A DNA stretch of 32,000 bases from an uncultured bacterium (GCA_963699255.1 OY969425.1:1080001-1112000), one strand, 5' to 3'; shown: positions 11,658 to 18,836, counted from the stretch's first letter. Notes: generated from the letters alone by a model not told the origin. Numbers and translations are program-made.

Positions 11658-11728
11658 TAAAAGGCTCCCATAAAGTTAGTCTAACTGGAAAATGGTAGAA
11701 ATATTTTGCTCCACAGGCTTTCCAGTAT

Positions 11729-11973
11729 AGCATTTTACCGCCTTTCCCTGTAAAGCGCGCTCACGTTAGGACTTCGTATAAAGCTCTCTGTCCCGAAAAA
11801 AGTCCTCATCCTTGCGGATTTTTTCGGGTATTTGTTCGCGCCCTCCTCCAGTCGCCCGACTAAAGTCGAGGCTCCTTCCGGCCCTCCGCTCCTTACGCTC
11901 ATTCACCATAATTAGATAATAGGTAGGGTTCATTCGCTCCTCTCGCTTCGGGTGACAGGGGCGGTAAAATGCT
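11729..11973 (+). ncRNA. Candidate structured leader RNA, copy 1 (closing stem AGCATTTTACCGCC / GGCGGTAAAATGCT)
   Basis: Noncoding, homologous to 25307-25550; perfect 14-bp terminal complementarity whose pairs covary with copy 2; internal hairpins covary too. Confidence 0.6.
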
Positions 11974-11980
11974 GTTCCTT

Positions 11981-12007
11981 CCTGTGTGTTTTCATTTCAC
12001 AGGGAGG
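11981..12007 (+). promoter_or_regulatory. SD-sequestering hairpin before SLOG gene, copy 1
   Basis: CCTGTG (11981-11986) pairs with CACAGG (11998-12003), whose 3' arm overlaps the AGGGAGGTGG Shine-Dalgarno of ATG 12016. Confidence 0.5.
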
Positions 12008-12015
12008 TGGTTTTC

Positions 12016-12551
12016 ATGTCTCGTTTAGCAGGTGTCATTGGTTCCCGTTCATTGCCCGTTTCTTTTGCCCCGCTTGTCTCCCACATTGTTTCCCTTCTCC
12101 TTTCCCGTGGCTACGGCATTGCCTCTGGCGGCGCTGTCGGCGCTGATTCATTTGCTCTTGCAGCGGTTATTCATCGGGGGGTGGCTTCACGCTGTGTCAT
12201 TTACTCCGCTTGGTCTTCTGCTTCGGGCTTTCCTTCCTCTGTTCAGCCTCAGGTTTCTCGTTTCCTTGCTTCTGGTGGTCAGGTTATATGGGGTTCCTGT
12301 CCGGTTGGTGCTTTGCGTCAGGAGGCGGTTTCTGCTCTTCTCGGCAGGAACAGGCGTCTTGTTTCTGCTTCCTCAGTCATTGTTGCCTTCCTACACACCT
12401 ACACAGCCAGTCTCGTGGCTCTCTTTACACGGTCCGTCAGGCTGTTGAGCAGGGTGTTCCGGTCATCGTGTTCCTTTGCGGCGGCGGTGCGTCTTTGCCC
12501 GCTGATCTTGCTTCCAGGTGTTTAGTGTTTACAGAAAAGGAGGTGGTTTAG
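12016..12551 (+). pseudogene. DprA/SLOG-like Rossmann protein, frameshifted (ORF as read ends at 12525)
   Basis: MSRLAGVIGSRSLPVSFAPLVSHIVSLLLSRGYGIASGGAVGADSFAL parallels copy 2. The C-terminal part continues in another frame (QSRGSLYTVRQAVEQGVPVIVFLCGGGASLPADLASRCLVFTEKEVV, ending 12551) after an 8-bp duplication at 12390-12405. Confidence 0.8.
12390..12405 (+). repeat. 8-bp tandem duplication CCTACACA x2 causing the frameshift
   Basis: Direct reading tt-cctacaca-cctacaca-gcc; removing one unit restores a frame colinear with copy 2. Confidence 0.9.
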
Positions 12552-12552
12552 T

Positions 12553-12729
12553 ATGTCAGCTTCAGTTTTGTCTCCATGCATATGCTGTCAGGATCGATTT
12601 CCTGATATGGCTTGCTGTTCAAGAGAAAAGTCTCGCTGTTATAGGTTTCTTGAATATATCGAGAGTCTTAGTAAAGCAAGGGCGCATAGCATCCTGATAA
12701 AAGAGCTCATAAGCTTGATTAACAAATAA
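12553..12729 (+). CDS. Small Cys-rich protein (58 aa), paralogue of 26118-26309; below the ORF-track cut-off
   Basis: MSASVLSPCICCQDRFPDMACCSREKSRCYRFLEYIESLSKARAHSILIKELISLINK versus copy 2 MVFIPIHPCCYCGKTETGYACTTAEKVECFKFLNYIQKLNRMRAQKVLIKELKYLLETNKGGK; SD GGAGGTGG just upstream. Confidence 0.75.
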   Translation: MSASVLSPCICCQDRFPDMACCSREKSRCYRFLEYIESLSKARAHSILIKELISLINK

Positions 12730-12744
12730 AAAGGAGAGAATAAA

Positions 12745-13269
12745 ATGGGTGAGTACATTAAGAATAGAAAGACTGGAGAAGAAATTAAGATTGGAGTATT
12801 AGACCGCTGCTTTTTCAGCCGTAAACAAGTTGAAGATTGGCACAATGATCCAAATTGGGTGGGTTGGTATGCGGGAAAAGAAGAGAAGGGTACGCTTGAA
12901 AATTATCTCAAGGATCCCAATTCCCTTTATGAAATGATCGATGGGTTGCATCATAAAGAATTTGCCTTCAAATTCCAATTACCAGATACTGAAATTATTG
13001 AGCACAGTAATGTATATGTATGGAAAAAGGGTCAAAGAGGCAATGGCTATCAGTATAAGGTCGGATGCCAATTTGAGAAACAGAAAGAGGTTTGGGCAGT
13101 AATTGTCGGTGAACGGTTTAACGAGAAAGGAGAAGCAAGGACGATCTTTGCCTGCGATTGCTGTGAGGTTTTGTTTAGCCTGCCGCAAGATCTAATAGAT
13201 CAATCCTTGGATGATATAGATAAATCCTCAAGAGATTATTTTCAAGGAATTCTTAAAGGAAGAAAGTAA
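12745..13269 (+). CDS. Hypothetical cargo protein, 174 aa
   Basis: Complete ORF MGEYIKNRKTGEEIKIGVLDRCFFSRKQ... with AAAGGAG upstream; no family recognised. Confidence 0.65.
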   Translation: MGEYIKNRKTGEEIKIGVLDRCFFSRKQVEDWHNDPNWVGWYAGKEEKGTLENYLKDPNSLYEMIDGLHHKEFAFKFQLPDTEIIEHSNVYVWKKGQRGNGYQYKVGCQFEKQKEVWAVIVGERFNEKGEARTIFACDCCEVLFSLPQDLIDQSLDDIDKSSRDYFQGILKGRK

Positions 13270-13279
13270 GGTGAAAATT

Positions 13280-13453
13280 ATGAGAATTTGTAAAGTATGC
13301 GGCTCGCTCCTAGTTCCATGCAACGAAGGCATAGATCATATCGGTTTACAGCCATATACACTTCCAAGAACTGTATATATCTGCCAGAGTTGCCTTACAG
13401 CGATACAAAATATCCTCGAATACGGTTTTTCCTCTCAATATATCAACGCTTAA
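13280..13453 (+). CDS. Small zinc-ribbon-like hypothetical protein
   Basis: MRICKVCGSLLVPC...YICQSCL has two Cys pairs; ORF open from GTG at 13271. Confidence 0.5.
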   Translation: MRICKVCGSLLVPCNEGIDHIGLQPYTLPRTVYICQSCLTAIQNILEYGFSSQYINA

Positions 13454-14743
13454 TCTCCAAGGCCTGATCCATCATCGGAACAGGCCTTTTTTGGTCGCGT
13501 TAACTTTCTTTCCCTTCCCATTCAAAACAAATCATTTCCGCGCCTCTCCAAGCACGAACACAAAAAAGACGACGCAGGCAGATACAGCTGGCTTGAAATG
13601 AAGACAAAGTCAACAGTTCTTGTAGTTAGCGATGAATTGCTGACAACCAAGGACATCTTTAGCAAAGCATGGGGAAACTAGGTCAAATGGTCCAAGCGAA
13701 AACACACGATGAAACCTGCTCCCTGCTTGCCTGCCTTTGTAGGGATTGCCTCTGGCTGGTATGATGGTATAAGTCTTGGTGTAGGCGGGTCTTGATAGAA
13801 AGCGATCAGCTGAAGCTGCTTTTTTTGCCTGCTTGTCTTTGGCCTGATAACCATTCATTGTTCCGCTGCCTTACTGTTGAAATGTAAAATATGTGCGGGA
13901 TTCCGACTTGTCTGCCGACAGGCAGGCTTTACGTCGGGAGTCATCGCCTGTCCCCCTCTTTACGAACTGTAAGGCTGGCGGAAGCCTCGGCAAAAGCGGA
14001 TGTCATTGTTAATTGTGTAACTGTCTCAATCTGAGTCTGAGAATGAAGCAAAACAAATGTTACATTTCAGCCAACGTGAAATAGCATGGATAATCGCCTT
14101 GCCCCGTTTTCAGTAGTGGGAAATGCTCACTGTTCTTTTTCAAAGCCGGTAGCTCCCTGCCAGCCTGCCCCGCCGCAGGCGGTAGCTTGTTCTGCCTACC
14201 CACCTTTGACGAGATCGGCCTGTCCGCCTCTCTACGAGCTGTATGGCTGGCGGAAGTATCGGGATAATGAACTTGCTTACCACACCACAGGGGGTAGCTT
14301 GCATCAACCGGAGCATCGGGGCGATGAGTTTACTTGTCCCGCCTGTTCGCCTCTGGAGAAAGCGAAGCCGTAAGCCGAGGACTCCGACCAAGCTCAGTCG
14401 AGGTCTTGAAGGAGTAGGTTTTGCAGCAATAGTTTCAAACTCCCAGCGTGTCTAAAACTCTTTGGGTCAGGTTCTTCTGTCTTTTGTTCGTATTCATATC
14501 TAACATCATTGATCCTTTGTCTTTCTCTACTGCTAATGAACAACATCTATGTATCAACTGTTAAAATGAATATCCTTGTGTACCGAAGTAACAAATAAAA
14601 TCCCAATTTGGCCGGTCTGGCCGCGCGCCTGCGCTCGTGCGTATGTGCCTGTGTACGCGTATCGTATATAGAGGGATACTGTGAAGTTCCCCGGCTAAGT
14701 CACAGTATCGGGAGATCATTCTGAACGCCGCAAATTCAGCTTC

Positions 14744-14772
14744 TTGCACCCGTGAATTGTATTAGGTAGAAT
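14744..14772 (+). promoter_or_regulatory. Sigma70-like promoter TTGCAC-N17-TAGAAT
   Basis: Boxes at 14744-14749 and 14767-14772, 17-nt spacer, shortly before the tRNA-3'-end/terminator inverted copy. Confidence 0.5.
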
Positions 14773-14803
14773 AATGCTAACAGTTCGACCTGAAGAAGGT
14801 TGC

Positions 14804-14956
14804 GCTACCAAGAAATTGGAGCAAACCGCTGATTTTCCTAGATCGGCGGTTTTTCTTTTTTGGGAAGGTGTTCGGCGGTCGGCGTTTGGGCGGCGGCAAA
14901 CGCCGACCGCCGGAAAAGAACCTCCGTTCAGATTTTCCGCGCCAAAATCACTATAA
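14804..14956 (+). repeat. Left arm of 153-bp inverted repeat, element 1
   Basis: Reverse complement of 16581-16733, identical by eye; includes tRNA-Glu 3' tip GCTACCA and a terminator hairpin. Confidence 0.95.
14823..14862 (+). terminator. Terminator hairpin in left arm (AAACCGC...GCGGTTT + T-run)
   Basis: AAACCGC 14823-14829 pairs with GCGGTTT 14846-14852 followed by TTCTTTTTT; inverted copy of the terminator downstream of tRNA-Glu. Confidence 0.65.
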
Positions 14957-15027
14957 CTAATTACTATTGTTGTTTTTCTTTTTGTAAATTGGCGCCCAAT
15001 ACTCAATATCCAAATGAATCCGGCCTT

Positions 15028-15234
15028 TTAAGATAAGCCCAAAAGCTTGTCTACTGAAACCCCCAAACCCACAGCTATCGCCTTCACCATCTCGATTCCC
15101 GGATTTTTCACCATCCCTTTTTCAACTCTTAACAAGTGATGTGAAGTAAACTTACCGCCACATTTAAAAGCTAATTTCTCTCGCGACAGACCTGTTTTTT
15201 TTCGATATTTCTCGATATTTTCACCTAAGTGCAT
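15028..15234 (-). CDS. XRE-family HTH regulator, 68 aa
   Basis: MHLGENIEKYRKKTGLSREKLAFKCGGKFTSHHLLRVEKGMVKNPGIEMVKAIAVGLGVSVDKLLGLS. Confidence 0.85.
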   Translation of the reverse strand: MHLGENIEKYRKKTGLSREKLAFKCGGKFTSHHLLRVEKGMVKNPGIEMVKAIAVGLGVSVDKLLGLS

Positions 15235-15324
15235 AACGGATAGATTATAACATAATTGTCATAATATTTATTTGACATGGTGGCATATATGTATTAACAT
15301 ACACCCCACTATAGGAGGGCCAAT

Positions 15325-16767
15325 ATGAAAATAGCTATATATACGCGTGTTTCAACCGACACCCAGGCCGACAAAGAATTCAATTCCTGTGAAGCTCAGG
15401 AGCAGAAGATAAGGTCATTTGTCTTAAGTCAGGAAAATATGATGGTTTATAAAGTCTATTCCGACCAGGGTTATACAGGGGCTAACACTGACCGCCCCGC
15501 TCTAACGGAAATGCTTAACGACATACAGAATAGCAAGGTCGATCTTGTCGCTGCCTATAAAATTGACCGTCTCACTAGGTCGCCGAAAGACTTTTATCAT
15601 TTAATTGATATATTTGAACAACACAAGGTCAATTTTATATCCGTTACTGAACGATTCGATACCTCCACCCCATCGGGACGGCTTCTCAGGAATATCATGC
15701 TTACTTTCGCGCAATTCGAAAGAGAGCTTATCAGTGAAAGAACAAGAGATAAAATGCACGAATGCGCGAAAAAAGGCCTCTGGACTTGCGGCCATACGCC
15801 ATTTGGTTATAAAAGGCTAGAAAAGAAACTGATCATTGAGCCGGTAGAAGCAAAGATTGTAAGGGCTATCTTTGAAATCTTTATCTCTACAGGTTCAACT
15901 GCTGAGGTTTATAAGAAACTGAAAGAGAAAAGTTTGTTTAACAGGCGCGGATTGCCTATATCTCAAGAAGAAATCGGGAAAATACTCAAACGGATTGTAT
16001 ATATCGGTAAAATCGAATTTAAAGGCAATATTTATCAGGGAATTCATGAGCCGATAATTTCTGCTGAGTTACTTGAGGCTGCTCAGGGACTTCGCAAAGA
16101 AAGGGCAAAGAAAAGTAAAGTATTCAATTTCTCTCTTTTCCCCGGAATAGTTCTCTGTAAGGAATGCGGCTCAGTAATGAGCGCATCTTTCTCTAATAAG
16201 TTTAAAGATGCCCGCCGCATTAGATATTTTTATTATCGATGCTCAAGCGTTACAAAAAGGGACATTTCTTTTTGCGCCACCAGATATGTCAGTGCCGACC
16301 GCCTTGACTCGTTCATCATCGATAGTCTTGATAAGATATCGAAAAATCGGCAGTATCTTGAGAGTTTGATCTTCACGCTCAACTATCAGCAGGATGGGTG
16401 CCAAAAGGGAATCGAACCGGTGGGGTCGGCTTCATCCTATTCTCCTGAAAGGTTGAAAGATATCCTTCGAGATATTACTATGGTCCCGAAGTTTAAGTCC
16501 AAAACTGAAAAGGAAATTATCATTCAGAAGCATATTAAACAGATCAATTATTCAAAGGAAGCTATTGAAGTCGTGATAAATTATAGTGATTTTGGCGCGG
16601 AAAATCTGAACGGAGGTTCTTTTCCGGCGGTCGGCGTTTGCCGCCGCCCAAACGCCGACCGCCGAACACCTTCCCAAAAAAGAAAAACCGCCGATCTAGG
16701 AAAATCAGCGGTTTGCTCCAATTTCTTGGTAGCCCCACGGGGAATCGAACCCCGATCGTCAGCTTGA
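15325..16767 (+). CDS. Large serine recombinase, element 1; 3' end antisense to tRNA-Glu
   Basis: MKIAIYTRVSTDTQ...GYTGANTDRPAL...YKIDRLTRSPKDF...TPSGRLLRNIMLTFAQFERE, then recombinase and zinc-ribbon regions (LCKECGSVM...YYRCSS). Confidence 0.95.
   Translation: MKIAIYTRVSTDTQADKEFNSCEAQEQKIRSFVLSQENMMVYKVYSDQGYTGANTDRPALTEMLNDIQNSKVDLVAAYKIDRLTRSPKDFYHLIDIFEQHKVNFISVTERFDTSTPSGRLLRNIMLTFAQFERELISERTRDKMHECAKKGLWTCGHTPFGYKRLEKKLIIEPVEAKIVRAIFEIFISTGSTAEVYKKLKEKSLFNRRGLPISQEEIGKILKRIVYIGKIEFKGNIYQGIHEPIISAELLEAAQGLRKERAKKSKVFNFSLFPGIVLCKECGSVMSASFSNKFKDARRIRYFYYRCSSVTKRDISFCATRYVSADRLDSFIIDSLDKISKNRQYLESLIFTLNYQQDGCQKGIEPVGSASSYSPERLKDILRDITMVPKFKSKTEKEIIIQKHIKQINYSKEAIEVVINYSDFGAENLNGGSFPAVGVCRRPNADRRTPSQKRKTADLGKSAVCSNFLVAPRGIEPRSSA
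16581..16733 (+). repeat. Right arm of 153-bp inverted repeat, element 1
   Basis: Reverse complement of 14804-14956. Confidence 0.95.
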
Positions 16768-16801
16768 AAAGCTGATGTCCTAACCGTTAGACGATGGGGC
16801 C
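16727..16801 (-). tRNA. tRNA-Glu(TTC), CCA encoded
   Basis: Reverse complement GGCCCCATCGTCTAACGGTTAGGACATCAGCTTTTCAAGCTGATGATCGGGGTTCGATTCCCCGTGGGGCTACCA folds as a cloverleaf; anticodon loop TTTTCAA. Confidence 0.93.
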
Positions 16802-16978
16802 ATGCTCCGCCTCTGGCGGAGAAACTCCAATGACCAAATTCCAAATCCCAAACAAATTTAAATCCCAAAATCCAAATCAACACGCTAGTACAACAAAATA
16901 CAGTAGAAACTATCCGGATATCAGTTTATCAGAAAAACGGGATTTTTCAATAAGGGGTATGGGAACAATCCGCTGCTG

Positions 16979-17746
16979 TTACTTGATCAACCTTCTCTTC
17001 ATGAAAAAAAGGCCAAGAAAGAAGGCGACGGCTTCAAATGCCACAATAACGAACAGATTTACCAGCAGCCCCTTGTCATAAACTCCGCTGAAGATAGCCC
17101 TTGAGAGCACCACCCCGTGCGTCAACGGGAGAAAATTCGCAAGGGCCGCGACCCAACCCGGGAATTTATTAAGAGGAAAAAAGACGCCGGAGAAAAAGAA
17201 CATCGGCGTGATGAACAGCTCGGAATAATAGTTGAAAAAGTCGAAATTCGGCGCGAATGCCGTGACTATCATCGCCAGCGAAGAAAAAAGGAAACCCATC
17301 ATCACCATTAAGAGGAGCATAAGAACGATCCCCATCAATGAGAGATGCACCACTCCAAGCAGCGCCGCCACTATCACAAGCAGCAGGCCGTTGATCATCC
17401 CCCTCGTCACACCCCACGCGACATCCCCCGCGACGACATCCTCCGCCGAAACCGGCGAAGATATCAGCGCGTCATATATCTTTTCATGGATCATCCTCAC
17501 GAACGTACCGTACAGGCACTCGAACGTGGAAGCCATCATGACGGTAGAGATCAATATGCCGGGGACAAGGAATTCAAGGTATGGACGGTCGCCGATCACG
17601 CCGATATATGACCCCAGCCCTATCCCGAAAGTAATCAGGTAGAAAAGCGGCTCGCCGAGGCTCACAAGAAAAGTGGGAATGACGAACCTCTTGTATGACA
17701 TCAGGTTCCTTTTCCAAACATAATATATCCTGTACGAAAGGTTCAT
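16979..17746 (-). CDS. ABC-2 type transporter permease
   Basis: 255 aa, six hydrophobic segments, MLSYRIYYVWKRNLMSYKRF-like N-terminus with ABC-2 consensus PYLEFLVPGILISTVMMASTFECLYG. Confidence 0.85.
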   Translation of the reverse strand: MNLSYRIYYVWKRNLMSYKRFVIPTFLVSLGEPLFYLITFGIGLGSYIGVIGDRPYLEFLVPGILISTVMMASTFECLYGTFVRMIHEKIYDALISSPVSAEDVVAGDVAWGVTRGMINGLLLVIVAALLGVVHLSLMGIVLMLLLMVMMGFLFSSLAMIVTAFAPNFDFFNYYSELFITPMFFFSGVFFPLNKFPGWVAALANFLPLTHGVVLSRAIFSGVYDKGLLVNLFVIVAFEAVAFFLGLFFMKRRLIK

Positions 17747-18660
17747 TCAAGTAAACTCCTTCCCGTAAGCTTAAGGAAAACATCTTCAAGAGAAGCCGGA
17801 CGGTTGAAATAATTCGTCAGGTTGAGCTCGACCAGTTTTTTCATCAGCTCGTGGCCATCCCTGCAGTAGAAATACAGGGTGTCCCCCACCCTTTCATACC
17901 CGCAACTTGAACCGGAAAGAAGCCCTATCAGCCTGTCGTCCCCCTCTTTCGGCATCCTGATCTCAACGACCTCCCTGCCGATCTCTTTTTCTATGAGGTC
18001 TTTCGGAACGCCTTCCTTCAGCACCTTTCCCTTGTGCATTATGATGAGCCTGTCGCACAGCTGTTCGGCCTCTTCCATATATTGTGTAGTAAGTATAAGA
18101 GTTACACCCTTGGATTTAAGCTGCCTCAGCCTCTGCCATATAAGATGCCTGGCCTGAGGGTCAAGGCCGGTCGTGGGTTCATCAGCGATTATGAGCTTGG
18201 GCTCGTTGATCAACGCCCTCGCGATAAGTAGCCGACGCTTCATTCCGGTGGAGAGCTCGTCGATCCTGCTATCCGCCTTGGCCTCCAGCTCAACGAACTT
18301 CAGAAGTTCCTTTATCCTTTTCTTGCCGGTACTATTTGGAATGTCAAAGAATTGGGAAAAAATGATCAGATTCTCGTATACGGTGAGGTCCGAGTCAAGA
18401 TTGACCTCCTGAGGCATTACCCCTGTGATCTTCCTTATCTGGCGGCTGTCAACGCTGACGGTCGCACCGTTAACCTTAAGCTCCCCGCTTGTGACGGGGG
18501 AAACGCAGTTGATCATTTTGACGGTGCTTGTCTTTCCCGCTCCGTTCGGCCCCAATATCCCGAAACACTCGCCTTCATATATATCGAATGATATGCCGTC
18601 AACAGCAGTAACATCATTGAATTTTTTTGTAAGATCTTTTGCGGTGATAAAATATCGCAT
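17743..18660 (-). CDS. ABC transporter ATP-binding protein
   Basis: Walker A GPNGAGKTS, signature LSTGMKRRL, Walker B LIIADEPTTGLDP; overlaps the permease start. Confidence 0.95.
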   Translation of the reverse strand: MRYFITAKDLTKKFNDVTAVDGISFDIYEGECFGILGPNGAGKTSTVKMINCVSPVTSGELKVNGATVSVDSRQIRKITGVMPQEVNLDSDLTVYENLIIFSQFFDIPNSTGKKRIKELLKFVELEAKADSRIDELSTGMKRRLLIARALINEPKLIIADEPTTGLDPQARHLIWQRLRQLKSKGVTLILTTQYMEEAEQLCDRLIIMHKGKVLKEGVPKDLIEKEIGREVVEIRMPKEGDDRLIGLLSGSSCGYERVGDTLYFYCRDGHELMKKLVELNLTNYFNRPASLEDVFLKLTGRSLLE

Positions 18661-18741
18661 CCAGCATATTATACTTTATCAGGAAGAAAAATTAAAGCGT
18701 CATTGACCTCAACACGCCGGCCTGATAGTATTTGCGCGTCG

Positions 18742-18830
18742 ATAAGGGGAGCCCATGAATGTGGGGCTGAGAACTCCGAATTGATCGGAGGACCCGTTGA
18801 ACTTGATCAGGTTAAAACCTGCGAAAGGAG
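18742..18830 (+). promoter_or_regulatory. TPP riboswitch (THI element)
   Basis: AAGGGGAGCCC...GGGGCTGAGAA...GGACCCGTTGAACTTGATCAGGTTAAAACCTGCGAAAGGAG matches the THI-box consensus. Confidence 0.88.
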
Positions 18831-18836
18831 AAAATA

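Noticed and set aside
11729-11973. Leader as a group I/II intron, OMEGA/IscB-type RNA or IS110 bridge RNA
   Set aside because: I could not place conserved core motifs of those classes, and the adjacent recombinase is a large serine recombinase, not IscB/TnpB or IS110. Kept only as an unassigned structured element.
14086-14373. 95-aa ORF ending FTCPACSPLEKAKP
   Set aside because: Composition and overlapping frames in a decayed stretch give no firm support for a gene.
11660-16801. Element 1 as a prophage
   Set aside because: No capsid, terminase, tail or replication genes are visible; only regulator, recombinase and small ORFs.
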